From: Botryllus schlosseri
Taxonomy: Eukaryota
Assembly: GCA_051294905.1 (NCBI GenBank)
Contig: CM119372.1
Coordinates: forward strand, 35,652,001-35,716,000
Direction: 5' to 3'
Length of the DNA stretch: 64,000 bases
Shown: positions 38,801 through 51,185 of the stretch, in pieces
How the letters are laid out: the number at the start of each line of letters is the position of its first letter
Numbering within the stretch: position 1 is the first letter of the stretch
Notes under the pieces: model-generated
The model's database searches: none
What the model was told of the DNA's origin: nothing
What the model saw: the letters and a program-made list of their open reading frames with translations, nothing else
Translations under genes and position numbers: made by a program

Positions 38801-41217
38801 TTACTTTTCCTTATTCAGCTTACTTTTCACACATAAATTTTCTACTTCCCCGTGAATTAGTTTTGCTAATCTTCCGATTCTTAGTGAGTACCAACACTGA
38901 ATCCTTCGACCGTATTGTATAGGCCCAGTCTTCGGATTGGTAATGCTTTATTACGGAGTTTTACACGCAAACTGTATCGCATCGTCACCACAGCATACAA
39001 CATCCTTAAGCCGGCGGTCACACGACCGGCCTGCACGACGTTCCAACCGGAAAGGGGTGGATATCATGATCACAAGAAAGAAATCACGTTCACAGTTCAT
39101 GGCCACAGATACAATAATAACAAGGTTAACAGCAGCACTAGGTCTGCTACATCATGTAATTAGTCATTTACATGTAGACATTCATCCAGACCAATAATAC
39201 GTTGGAATTCTACCATCACAGGGAGGTTAGGAAGCAGGGTTGCAATGACTCGAGTCATGATTTTCTGATGACTCGACTTGACTCGAGTCATTTTCTCAAA
39301 ATACGGAAATGACTCGACTCGACTCGAGTCATTGCGCATGACTCGAACCAAGTCATATGACTCGAGACTAAGACGGTCAAGACCGACATTTCATTGTAAT
39401 TTCGAAGAATAGTAAAGTATAACCACTCCATTGGGATTTCGGCTATTGGTCCTGGTACTTGAAAATTCGATCAGAAAGTGCTGAAAGTGAGGAAAATTGG
39501 TATATTATAAATGCAGACCATCCGATATCATCAAACAGAGTTGTAAAAGTGGGTTTAACGCGACGGTAACTGCAAACTGAGCAGTCAACACAATGACTTG
39601 GACTCGGACTCGTGTCATAATACCATGACTCGGACTCAATCCTCTGCTTGGTGACTTGGACTCGGACTTGACTCGGTGGTAAATTGAAAATGACTCGACT
39701 TGACTCGAGTCAAAACTAAAAAAGTGAGATTGACTTGTGACTCGGAGCTTTGTGACTTGGTTACAACCCTGTCAGGAAGTGTACATTTTCATATAGCTCG
39801 AGATTTATTGCCGGTAATCTAGGTAATGTCCGTGGAGAAAATTGAATGGTATACCTGCAACATGTCTATTTGTTGTGACAGTAATTTTGTGTTAATCGCG
39901 AATACAGCCATCTTAAAATTTTGTAAGTAGTCACCTCCGATTAGCTAGTAAACATATGCCACCCCTCCGCCAAGTTATTTTTGACACCACTTAATTTTCT
40001 ACTTCCCCTTGAAATGGTTGTCATTAAGAGAACATTCCTACCTCCCTCCTAGATGCATTTTCTCTCTCTTTCGCATTTATGATGTTTAGAATGGCCACGT
40101 TGAATAATTGTCATCATATAGGTTCGCGTTCATGTTCACTACGAGCTTGAATCCGCGATGCGTCAGCATTCGTTACGTTCAGATTACTTCTACAGCGAAA
40201 TCCAAAACGGTTTGTGAGAATCAGAGGTTGGATATATACTGTGACGAGCCGAAGAAGATCATAATTGAAAGTGCAAGTTACGGGAGAAGTGACAATGGAG
40301 AAACGTACGTTATTATTGTTTGTCCCCTATCGTTCTGGGTACTACACACTGCTTGTTATTATCACTGATTTCGATATGCCACTAACCTAAATTTATCGAA
40401 CAGTATGTTATGCAGTAGTACGGAATTTCGCAGTTTATTGCAACATGTTTGCGGCTGTTTTGTTGTGTTGCTGTTTAACGTCATGATCTGACTTCCAGTA
40501 TCATGTTTTACGAGGAATTGTTCAGAGGTTATACATTTTTTTATCGCTGGGCTTTCAGATTTTGCGGGCGGTTGCGCGTACGGCAATAATTTCAAAAGTC
40601 GATGAATAAAACATAAGACGAAAGACATCACAACAAGCTCAAGGACTCTTTATTGCGTATAGATTAAACTGGATAATCGCTTGAAAACTAAGCGACAGTC
40701 CACTCACGATGCCATTGTTTAGGTATATAATATTGTTTTGTGTTTTTGACGATGTAGTTAAACATTACTCTTTCACGGACCCCCTAAAATTAGTTCACGG
40801 ACCTGAATTGACCTACTAAGGTAGATTATCTTAGTTCAGAAGAGTCAAACTGTGACGTAAAGTGCAGAGCATAGAAACATGGTTTTCGAGTAGTTTCGTG
40901 TAGCTACTACGTCAACAGCCCTCACGTTATAATTGTGATCAATTCTAAGTGGTGTTGTTATTAGCGAGCTGGTTTTGATGCTAAGATCCGTAACTGTATG
41001 ACTGTGACATAATTTAATAATAGTATGTGCTTTCTTTTACAGATGTCCCCATCCATCGATCAAGACCAACAGATGTCATGCCGAGTCAAGTGAGCGCGTG
41101 GTTTCCGAGGCCTGTGAAGGAAATTCGCAATGCCGCCTCGTGGCCTCGAATACCGTGTTTGGGGATCCCTGTGGCGGCACATTCAAATACCTGCAAGTCA
41201 AATATCGATGTTTCTGA
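29800..41217 (+). CDS. Secreted rhamnose-binding-lectin-like protein with 3 tandem SUEL/Gal_Lectin domains (7 exons, 945 nt, 314 aa)
   Basis: Exons 29800-29866, 31784-31892, 33817-34004, 36554-36662, 38538-38725, 40196-40304 and 41043-41217 join in frame through GT-AG introns (phases 1,2,1,2,1,2). Each domain has CE..., A(S/R)YGR, FGDPCxGxFKYL and 8 Cys. Confidence 0.93.
31072..31446 (-). mobile_element. tRNA-derived SINE in lectin intron 1
   Basis: Minus strand reads GGGGAAGCGAGTGGTGCAGTTGG...GGTTCGAATCCC, with the body shared with 15568 and 26296 and a (TAA)n tail. Confidence 0.88.
31784..31892 (+). CDS. Lectin exon 2 (domain 1, N-half)
   Basis: TTTTAG acceptor; ESITVCEHETMQISCDGSMQIHITDASYGRREGAK; 109 nt. 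Confidence 0.93.
33329..33788. mobile_element. 460-bp foldback element with AGTAGTAGT termini and 6-bp TSD (Polinton/Maverick-like non-autonomous element)
   Basis: Inverted arms of ~190 bp (33329-33518 and 33598-33788). Perfect CACGTC direct repeat at 33323-33328 and 33789-33794. Confidence 0.8.
33817..34004 (+). CDS. Lectin exon 3 (domain 1, C-half)
   Basis: CPHSSVRMESYQCHAESSERVLIEACEGKSACVVDAKNGVFGDPCRGVFKYLRVAYMCIDPS; CAG acceptor, GTAAGT donor; 188 nt. Confidence 0.95.
34296..34772 (+). pseudogene. Truncated extra lectin C-half exon interrupted by a MITE
   Basis: DTCLGLFKYLLVAYHCIQ[MITE]PS followed by GTAAGTAAAGTAC, matching the end of exon 3. Confidence 0.85.
34351..34752. mobile_element. 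hAT MITE
   Basis: TIR TAGGGTTGCAT, perfect TSD CATACAGC. Confidence 0.92.
36340..36430 (+). mobile_element. Relic of a hAT (Charlie/Buster) transposase C-terminus
   Basis: INSIKTNLRSRITDESLKFCMKL resembles the IKxKxRSRLTD motif. A hAT-like terminus CAGTGGTCGGGAAC lies at ~35622. Confidence 0.55.
36554..36662 (+). CDS. Lectin exon 4 (domain 2, N-half)
   Basis: NIMTVCEHQRMNIDCGDGKTIKIESARYGRRDNRE; AAG acceptor, GTACGT donor; 109 nt. Confidence 0.92.
37114..38051. mobile_element. Tc1/pogo-type MITE (TA TSD)
   Basis: Same TIR as 28072. The paralogous intron at ~40655 shows the empty site TTGCG-TA-TAGATTAAAC, confirming TA duplication. Confidence 0.93.
38538..38725 (+). CDS. Lectin exon 5 (domain 2, C-half)
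   Basis: CPHPTVTSATYDCRAESSEQVVIEACEGRSRCHVYARNSVFGDPCPGLFKYLRVAYQCVESL; 188 nt. Confidence 0.95.
39235..39771. mobile_element. hAT MITE with TGACTCGAGTCA arrays
   Basis: Termini CAGGGTTG...CAACCCTG, TSD TTAGGAAG/TCAGGAAG. Inverted homologue of 21804-22389. Confidence 0.92.
40196..40304 (+). CDS. Lectin exon 6 (domain 3, N-half)
   Basis: KSKTVCENQRLDIYCDEPKKIIIESASYGRSDNGE; 109 nt. An alternative AG lies at 40182. Confidence 0.93.
41043..41217 (+). CDS. Lectin exon 7 (domain 3, C-half and stop)
   Basis: CPHPSIKTNRCHAESSERVVSEACEGNSQCRLVASNTVFGDPCGGTFKYLQVKYRCF*. Confidence 0.95.
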
Positions 41218-41304
41218 AGCGCCACGAAATTTATGGACATTTCGAAGCTTCATGACTTCGTGATTGATCCAGGATATAATCGTCTTTGCCTATTATTGGT
41301 TTAG

Positions 41305-41310
41305 AATAAA
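41305..41310 (+). promoter_or_regulatory. Probable polyadenylation signal of the lectin gene
   Basis: First AATAAA after the stop codon, 88 nt downstream. Confidence 0.55.
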
Positions 41311-42209
41311 CTTGTTTAGAAGCGAAATAATAATCTTCGAGTCAGCAAATAGCTTGAATTAATGCAGTGCTTTTCAACGTGTTGGATGGTACGCTCTTGT
41401 GCGAATGAAAAAAAAAATGACAGGCTTGACCTATACAGTGCATCAGCACGTGTAAGCCAGCGATACGCGCGAAGAATGACGTCAAATTGACGCTCTTCTT
41501 TTTTTCTCTAAAAACAGTCTATTTATAATAACGGGTTGATTAGTGTGAGACACTAAGGTACTAGTAAATATCATTATTATAGACTCACACTGGCAAGTTA
41601 CTGTAAATACTAATTTTCCCCTTTAAGGGCTCTTAAGGCAGTGGTTCTTAAAAGTTTTTATACCGTGACCCAAATCAGAGTTTTAGTTGGAACTCGTGAC
41701 GCAAGCTTCACAATTTAAAAGGGATGCATTTTTAATGTCTGTATGTTTCGTTTTTACGATCCTGTGTGACATAAGAGGACGCGCAGACAACCCATCAGTT
41801 GCTAGGAACGCAATTATATGAGACATGTCGTGTGACGCACACGATGTCAAATTCTGGTGTTCTGGTGGATTATTGTCTCTGTGGGTCGCATCGGCATATC
41901 GCTTTCGGAGGTTTGGGTCAATCAGCGATCTTTTTGGAACCGCACTCTGACCAGCCGTGTCTGTCGCGCAAAACGTCATATGTTCATATGTCCCGGTCCT
42001 GAAAGGGACTGACGCGAAATACTTGTGTGTAATACTCCTGCACCAGCTCGACGGAATATTACCAGGGCCAGTTACAGATTTCCAGGGAGACCAATGTCGG
42101 ACAAGTTTTATCATAACATCAAAAAAATGTATAATACTAGGTTCGGCACATTTTCATGATCAAGTCATATCACCGTAACCACTATAAGTAGCCAACACAG
42201 TGACCTTGG

Positions 42210-42985
42210 ATCATCAGTCAATCAGGTTTATTAATATTGTCATCGTTTCAAAACATCACAAGACTGCGATACAATGAAAAGATAGGAAGGTGTCGAAACA
42301 ACTTGGAGTAGCCATTAAGATCAGACACCCACCTTAGCCTAGGCGAAGTAAATAAGAGGCATGCACACTGAATGAAAAGTAATGCAGAGAATATAAGACG
42401 CTATAGCGACAAAATGAGGTGGCATGTGGCAGAGGGCGAGGTCGATGTTAAGATCGTGGTCCGGTAATCCTGAAGACTGGCTAGTATTGATTTAAAAGAA
42501 ATTGCTTGTATTTCGACTTGAATGCGGACATGCTCGACGACAGTCGGATATCCGGCGAGATACTGTTCCACAATTGGGGTCCGGCATATTTGATAGAGCA
42601 ATGCGTTTTCTTGTATTCAGTCCTGATCATATGGTAGTTGTTCTTCGTTAACGCGCGTGTGCTGTACTTGTGCGCTTTTGTCTCCGAGGTGAAGTAGTTG
42701 AAATTTGAGGGACATTGACCGCAATGGAACTGATACATAAACTTGGCAATTTCTAGCTTCCTCATATCTTCTAAGTTTAGAACACCAAATCTTTTGAGAA
42801 GCGATACGGATGATCCGATGTTGAAGTTTTTGCAGTGGGTCAATTGTATTCTTGCATAGGCAGCACCCTAACAAAGAATTCCGTATTTAACTTTGATAGG
42901 AATAGAGTGTTGAAGAGTATCAACAGCACGCTGACTGGCAGAGTGTAGCTAAGGCGGCGAAATAGACCACATACCTTTGATAGTT
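42210..42985 (-). mobile_element. 5'-truncated CR1/L2-group LINE (ORF2 C-terminus and 3'UTR)
   Basis: LNLEDMRKLEIAKFMYQ...HKYSTR...SIKYAGPQLWNSISPDIR...FKSKYKQFLL, frameshifted from WGAAYARIQ/PLQKLQHRIIRI. 3'UTR shared with 1-328. Confidence 0.88.
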
Positions 42986-43374
42986 GTGCACTGTAAAAAT
43001 AAAACTCGATTTACCGCGAAATGTTTGGAAGCACGGTAGCCAGACAATTCGTGGTAATGTAACATTACCGTTAGTCAATGTAAATTTAACTTACACTCTT
43101 CCGGTAATCTCACTTTACACGCCACACTGTAATGTTACAGTCACCTTGGGTATATCCAATCTACTATTATTATTGATGAAAAGATGAGTGACGCTTTTCG
43201 CCTGTAAGGCCAGGTGCGTCACGGACTAGAATGAGCGATTTACCAAAATATGGTCAATCTACATTTTCTCCTGGATATTTGCCACTGAGACTGTAATTTT
43301 ACAGCCTACCTATATACATGCTGTCTGTGTAAATCAGGATTACATGCCAGCTTGTAAATCCACGTACATCCCAT

Positions 43375-44311
43375 TAGGGATGGTGTGAACCTCTAAAAGG
43401 TTCAAGTTCGTGTGAACGCGAACCTTTCTGAAAGGTTCTGTGTGAACGCGAACCTCATGACGTCAGGTGACGTCATATTGCGAATTCCTACATTAACACC
43501 CTACATTTCAGTGAAGTGATAGCTTTTATTATTGTACACGATGCCTAGCGACGAGTCGGGCGACAGAAAGCCGCAATGCTGAAGTAGCCTACATATTGAC
43601 GTTTTAAACGTCGTCAAATATATCAACTGGGGCAATCAATTGATATATTAATCACATAAAATCAATATCTTCCGTCGCTTTGCCAACAATTTCGACAAGG
43701 ACTTGCAAGGGAATATAAGCTTACGCCTTAATGGTCTAGGCCAGACCAGACAAATGTATTCGGCGTCTGAGTATTGCTACGTTGATATCAAGGATAGTGT
43801 AAGACAGGTTCCTATACCTGCTACCGATATTACCCCATTAACAAGTTATACAGCAGTAGCCAACGCTCCAATCGCACTGATTCGGTTTTTGTGATACAAT
43901 AAACATATGAAATCATACCCCATACTCCGGCTAGATTTTCACATCAGACAACGATACCAACTACCTACATGTAGTGTATTTCGCTCTTGATTGCGGGTCA
44001 AGCTCACAGCAGAGAGTGACTAAATATCCGAGCGAACTTCTGAAACAAAGCAAGTAACATTTTTGAGATTGTCAAGGTGCGTGCTCGTTTAGTGTTGATA
44101 TTTTTATGCTGCCAGCGCCATGCATATAGTGGCCCGCAGTTGAAATGCAATACATTTCAACCAATAATGTTATAATGAAGTGAAAATTGTAATACATGAA
44201 AAAGGTTCACAGTGCAGAACCTACCAAGGTTCGTCTGTGAACGTGAACTTCTAAATTTCTGAGGTTCACACACAGAACGCGAACGTGAACCTCACGTTCA
44301 CACCATCCCTA
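43375..44311. mobile_element. Young hAT MITE, copy 2 (inverted relative to 20680-21621)
   Basis: TIR TAGGGATGGTGTGAAC, perfect TSD CATCCCAT. Confidence 0.95.
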
Positions 44312-45892
44312 CATCCCATACCTATCGCCAAGCAACCCAATGCTAAAATGTCGCAAAAGCTTCTTCACACCCCAAAACGACATTGGAACAAACTGTATAT
44401 TCATTCATGATTCACGATGAGAAGGTTATCGATGGAAAAGTATCGCTGTTTGAGGTCTAATTCTTCTTTAGGAGACATGCAGTAACACGATTGGTCTCCC
44501 ACCAGCGGCCAAACTTCCAATGGTTTCTTTTTCTCGTCCTCATTTCTTCTGTGTAACTAGTATCTTGCAGTTCCACTAAAAAGAATTCATGCATAAGTCG
44601 CTGTATTAAGCAGAGTTCCTAACCTAGACATGACATTATAAAGACTACTAAGACAAATGGGCTAACAAAAATATACCAATTTTTGAAGTACCGCTACCGG
44701 TACATTGTGTGATGACGGCTCCGCCTTTTACATGATATAGCAGAGATTCATGACTTACTTTATCTAATACAGTGGTTCCCAACCTTTTACGGCATGCGCC
44801 CCCCTTGGCGATGGCCCAAAAAATTGCGCCCCCTGCACTTATCGTCATGTCAAAAAGAGCACATCATCTAATATAGAGATAGGCTATGTTGATCGGTCCA
44901 TATCAATTCCCGGTGAACTCCGGAGGTCCGGACTAATATACATTCGACAAAGGCCTATTGTACGCACCGAAATCACGAGTGGCAATGTTATGAGTAGTTG
45001 CTGGGATTCCATATTTTCACGCAGAGGGAGCGTGAAAATTTTTTAGATTCACGAATGAATACCCTAAGTAATAGTAGCAGTATCACATATTACTGTCAAA
45101 TATTTATCTTTTTTCAGCCCATGTGATCAGATTCATCGGTAGGGTTCATGGAGGGAGTGCTTTCGAAAATTTAGGGCAAGTTATACATGATAATGCATCT
45201 TCGTGTGGGCCAATTGTTATTAGTCATGCACTTTATTGCATGCAGTTATTTCTTGGCTCCCGATCAGGATTGTCCATCGCATCGGTAGTGGAAATATATT
45301 GAAATCGCCCAAATGTACTATAAAAAAATTTCTTCCGTGAGGAGCACACGTTTCTGATTCCTGCTAAGATTTAGAAGGGCGCTACTATATTAGAATCAGA
45401 AAATTAAGTTATATTGAATTGCGTGGAACGCGAAGAAAATTTCAGGAATAATTAGGATCTCTAAAAAAATTGGGAGGGAATTGGTAATTTCAATTTGCAT
45501 GTCTACGAATGCTAACACATCCTAATTGAATAAGGTGTCGACGGCCGCAAAAATTCCCTTCTACGGCAGCAGGTTTCCCATTACTGATCTAATAGCATAC
45601 AAATGGTATGTCTTACGCCAAGTTTGAATCCGTATTCCAGTCTTTAACATTTCTGACAAATACCCCGAACTTGTTTGAATATAGCAAAAAAAAAAAACAT
45701 TGAACAGGAAATCAATTTATTCCAAGGTAGGTTGCACTGAGACTAATCCTAATGCTGGTGGTGACTACAGAGAACAATGCCTCGTTCTGTACTGCCATGA
45801 TCAATTTGATCAGTTTTGGAATTGAATTAAATTGTGTTGATATAGGGTAGCTTAATTGAGGGCGAAACTGTGCAACCTATATTGCATCCAAG

Positions 45893-47863
45893 CAGACATG
45901 GGGTAATCGCGATTAGTAATCGTAATCGATTACGACGATTACAGCATTTTCAAGTAATCGGAATCGTAATCGACTACTTCCCGTATTTAATCGATTTCTT
46001 TGTGAAAGAACGATTACTTTTTATTTGTACGGGACTATGACATAAACTGAACATTCGTGAACAAGGACGAGGTATTATAGTATACCAGTTAGTGATAGCA
46101 CAAACGTCAGATTTTCAAATGCCACTGCTCATTATTACGTCAGAAGTGGCCTATTAGCTTTGCTCGTTATTGCGCAAGAGGTATCCACACATGTGAATAA
46201 ATATTCGATGTACAATTTGTACATTGGTATGATTGTAAGAACTCTTGCCGTGCTGTATATCAAGTTATCAATACATTCCAGACGCCACTACCTCGCAGCG
46301 TAGGATAATTAATCACCACCCTGCCTGGTTTAAAATAGTAACTTTTGTATTGATATTTGTTTATGCTTAGTTAAACGCAGTTTGACCGTTGCTGCTTGGC
46401 GAACAGTAGGCCTATGTAGTACGAACGTACACCGGACAAAGGTTTGCAATTTTGTAGCCTACTTGTCAAATAAAACATTACGGTTTCCACGACGAAGCAT
46501 TAAAAATCAACAGCTGCTGATATATATCATAACAGAGCCGTTTCTCATAAAGGCCGCTTGCATTACATTATCTGTATTAGGTTGAAGGCAGAATTTTGTA
46601 TTCACTTTCTCGTATTCTGATATGATTCTGCTTGAATCGGGCGCCAATCGTTATTTTACTCAACATTTGAACCTGTCGCCATATCCAATGTTAGCGTGGC
46701 TTGTAGCTAGAATCAGGACAAAAACAGCAAATCGTCCCCCAATTCAAACGTTGGTATTGGGCCCCCATAGGGTAGTTAATTTTCATGTTGAAGATTTAAC
46801 TTCGTCAATAATATTGGTAATTGCATAATATTACTATTAATTTTTTATCCTTTCTCAGTCCCCGATCCTCTCTCAGTCACCGATGGTCAGATTTACCTGA
46901 AAAGCTGGGAGCACGTAATTCATAATTATTATAGGGTGACCACATTTTGGAATCGAGATAGGAGGACACTTTTTCAAAATTTTCAAACTTAGAATACCTG
47001 TGGAAAATCCTGAAAAAATGGTAAATTTTTTCCACTACTAGTCGGTTGACTAAAAAAAAGTTAACTTTTGCTTAACTCGCGAAATAACCGCCTGAGCGTG
47101 AATTCAGTGCAATTTTATCTCGGTTCAATTTCAACTAAACTTCAATTAGTCACGCCCACCCAGCGCGGCTATTGTCAATGGACACATACCCAAAGTTTCG
47201 GCCAATGTCCTTCATTAGTAGTACACTTCGTGGATTCGCATGTTGGCCGAAACTGCATATGTCATTTGGTGTGTCGTGACGCGGTATTGACGGGCACCTA
47301 AATGCCTGTTACTATAAATTATGCATGCTTTTTTCTTGATGAGGAGATGTGGGCTATATATTTCAAAATCAAGCTATTTAAAGACATTTAAATCGCGATG
47401 CTCGTAGACAATTTCCAAGTTCATGAAATCTCTCGAAAGTAGTCTATAATTTGTGTTGGTTTACGAAATACTTTCGAGCCCCCTTCGAACTCGCTCCTCG
47501 TCCTATTAGGAAATTTGAGGTGCGGCAGTTGTGGACCTGGCAAGAATGCCAATCGTTGGGTGCGATAAATCGTCCGATGTAAAATGGGCAATGGGTACTT
47601 TATGACGTAACCAGCAAATGCCGCATTTTTTTTAAAGAAAGTTGTTATCTCATTAGGCCTTTTCAGTGCAATCCATATATTGTCTTACAATATAACTTCC
47701 AAGATGCAAAATAAATGTAATCGTGAGTAATCGTGATTACTTTTCCAATGTAATCGTAATCGACTACTTCCTGATTTTGCTGTAATCGTAATCGTAATCG
47801 CGTCATTCAGAAGTAATCGTAATCGCAATCGATTACATTCACGAAGTAATCACCACATGTCTG
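45893..47863. mobile_element. hAT-type non-autonomous element with GTAATC/GATTAC arrays
   Basis: Termini CAGACATG...CATGTCTG, perfect TSD CATCCAAG. Confidence 0.88.
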
Positions 47864-48610
47864 CATCCAAGTATGTCTTACGCAGTGCAGTTCGCCAGCT
47901 ATTAACGACAGCTACCCAGCGCACCGAGCTTTAGGCTACTGCCAAAGCTATAAAGTAATGAATGACTTACACGTGGGAATTCCTTCAAATATTCAAAGAA
48001 TATCTAAAATGTGCTCAAATGAAGTTGAGTGCGACTGTTGGAGTTTGCATTTGGCGAGCTTTCTTGAATACGGAATAAGTTTCAGCTTTAACAATCGTCT
48101 TCTAAAAATGATTGCGAGACACATGTTTAGTCAGAATTCATACAGACTTGGTCAATTTCTCGCGTTCACCAGCTTGACAACCACTAATCTTATGTATTGA
48201 AGCAAAAGGTTCCTCATTTGAGGTGACATGTGTGCCAAACAAATCCAGCAGTGGATGAAAACATCTCTTTGCTATGGCCCGAAAATGACATAAACATGCC
48301 AACAGTTTCAACTCCTCCGCGGCGGAGTATGTGGTGTCACAGGTCACTGGATAAGTCGACTAATATCCAGAAATAGAACAGATAATGCGGCGAATGAAAT
48401 ATTTCAATCATGAAATCTAAGTCATCCCGGTGGTGTGCACAGTAGTAGATATTCACGGTAACGAATACTATGTAGTACTATACCTTTTACGATGCGTTTC
48501 CCATTCAGCATTCTCAGGAATCTTCAACGATCGTGTCCACTTTCTTCAAGCACAGCAAGCTTCGCTCCACCCTTTGCTCAAATCTCAATAATGGCCAGAC
48601 GACGATACGT

Positions 48611-49845
48611 CAGTGTTGCCAACTCTGGATGGAAGAAAATCGCTAGAACTGGTGTCAAAATCGCTAGATGTCGCTAAATCATGAGAAAAAAGCGCTAAGA
48701 AATAGCGCTAAATCTGCATTAATTGCTAAAGGTGTTAAATTGAACCATAATATTAATACATTTTTCTCTGCTATATTTTACTCGTCTGGCGCCAAAGTCA
48801 CTCATCATATTTCTAGTTCATAATACTTAATAGTCATCTCTAAGCGGGACAAAAATGCAGTGCATTTCGATAAACCAGATCTCTTTGCGCAATGATCGAT
48901 ATGCGTGTGACCACTGACCAGGTTTGCAGTCATAACCGCTCACTATAAAAACGTGCCTTGCTCGATGCATCCGTGGATACGTGATGCGATATACCGTGGA
49001 AATGCGCTCGTCTTCTCTAAACTGTGTTGGGGTACTCGAGCACGACATGCGACTTGACACACTTGTACACGACATGCGACTTGCCCGACACAACACGACT
49101 TGAGCCGGGTTTACCAGCCACTATAAGTAGAGACCTTAAGAAAATAATCCGAGGACCAACCCAGGGTATGAAATTTAATAAAACTGGTCCTAATCGAAAA
49201 CTATAGTGTCACACTGATTACGACAATGCGAATTAGATTCTTGTCAAGACATTGGAACGACCTCAAAACAGCCCCCAAAGTCTGAAAATAGGCATTGATA
49301 CAAACAATCGCTGGACAAAATTGGTCATTGTTATGTTCATTGTGTTGCGGCGGTGCCGTTGTTGGAGCAATGCCGGTTTTCAGGCTTTGCGGGCTATTTC
49401 GGGGTGGTTCCATTGTCCTGTCGAGATTTTAATTTGTATTTCCGAAATCACTGCGACACTAGCTTTCGATCAAGACCAATTACGTTAAATTTCAGCGCTC
49501 AGGTCGCCAGATATAGCACTGCCAGTGCCAATTATGCTACTTTTGGAGTACTCAGCGCATGCGTAATCACCAGGAGTTGCGTATCTATCCGTAGGTTAGT
49601 AATCTATAATTATATATCAGTGATATCATCCGAGACAGCACTCTGGAGGCCGGTATAGCCAATGCCGTTGTCGGCAAGAACTGATCCTTATTAGGTGTTT
49701 TCGGCGAAAAAAGCGCTAAATAATCGCTAAATACTTTTCAAAAATCGGTAGATTTATCGCTAGGCGCTAGATTGATATTTTTTGGCGCTAAACCGGATGA
49801 AAAATCATTAGATCTAGCGCGAAAATCGCTAAATTGGAAACACTG
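48611..49845. mobile_element. hAT MITE with (A/T)CGCTA arrays
   Basis: Termini CAGTGTTGCCAA...TTGGAAACACTG, TSD CGATACGT/CGATACGA. Confidence 0.88.
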
Positions 49846-50689
49846 CGATACGACACTCGAACGATTTCGAAATAAGCGGTATTCATCCGCTGACATGCCA
49901 CCAATAATATTTATTGGCCACTTCGTTATAATGTTTGATTTAGGTCGTTTTTTCATATAGAAACATTTATCATTACATATAGTCCCTCTCTTTTCCATCT
50001 TATTGCGTATAAATTGATATTTCTTCCATGTGTTGTTGACTACTTACCGTACCTACTAAACCAGACGCTGCCTGTGATGTCACAGTAGTGCGTTGGTTGT
50101 TTACTACGAATCTCAGAAAAATCAGTAGCGCGTAACGTTAACCTAATGTAACCTATTACAGGTCGCCTTGTTCGCCAAATGGTCAACAGAGCTTGCGTTG
50201 ATATTTCTAGTTTCCCGAACAATATTATACATCCTAGACTGATATTCTAACTCATCAGTCCTATCCGTAACAGCGAATGTAACCAGCGAGACCGGCATTA
50301 TAGCCATAGCCTTATAATATAATATAATGGCTAACTGGCTATGGTGCATCACATTAGCTACGGTTGTCGGTTTTTTCTTTTACCCTACTATGTACTATAC
50401 TGAAATCGGTACTAGGGCCAACAATCTCCGTATGACAGACCCCAGTCTCGCGAACGAGGTTGAATCAGGTCAAATCACCACGAGAATGATATCAGTAACA
50501 TTCAGTTCCACATATACATTGGCTGCAGAGATTTTCAAGCTAATCAATGTTGCCAATAGCCTGGTAAACTTCAGTAACGAGTAACTGTCAGTATTTTTGC
50601 GAAGAAATTCTGACAACTTGACTTTACAGCTAAATTGAGGTAATATTACATATCAAAATGTAAAATTACAAGCTACGCACAGTTATTGG

Positions 50690-51185
50690 CGGCGACCGGT
50701 AATTCGTTGCAAAATTTACAGAGATTTCCCAGTAAATGTACCAGATTTTTTACAGTGGGGTTTGAGTGATTGTATGTGACTCTTCCATGACATGTCGGAA
50801 TCCAGTAAAACACTAAGGTATTTGGCATTTTTAGTGTTGGAAATTGGTTGGCCAGCGATGTCAACGGTTAGGTTATCGCAGGAGTTCACGGTCAATAATT
50901 GGGATTTCGCAGCGTTAACCCGAAGGCTATTATGGGACGTCCACTCATGCACTTTGGCCATTTGATCACGGGTGACGGCATTCAAGCTTGCGGTAGTAGG
51001 TGCGTGAGATAGGAAGTGAGTATCGTCAGCGAAGAGAGTGGTATTCAATGATGAGGTTTCAAAGATATCATTGACATATAAAGTAGAAAGGACAGGTCCA
51101 AGAACAGAGCCTTGCGGAACACCACAGGTAACAAGGTGGGGGGGAGGACAAAGTGTTGGATATCGAAACCATTTGATATCTCACA
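50690..51185 (-). mobile_element. LINE reverse-transcriptase fragment
   Basis: Minus strand reads VTCGVPQGSVLGPVLSTLYVND...TLFADDT...LRVNAAKSQ...KYLSVLLDSDMSWKSHI (PQG and (Y/F)ADD motifs). Confidence 0.92.

Noticed and set aside
41027..41263. ORF-track proteins over lectin exons (also 31802-31984, 33793-34062)
   Set aside because: Wrong frame or strand; the spliced lectin frame explains these regions.
41683..42114. 143-aa minus ORF
   Set aside because: Lies just inside a CAGTGGTTCT hAT-like terminus (41639); no recognisable motif or splice structure.
20680..44311. A single giant palindrome or segmental inverted duplication
   Set aside because: Only the MITEs match; the sequences between them are unrelated and the hAT copies have their own distinct TSDs.
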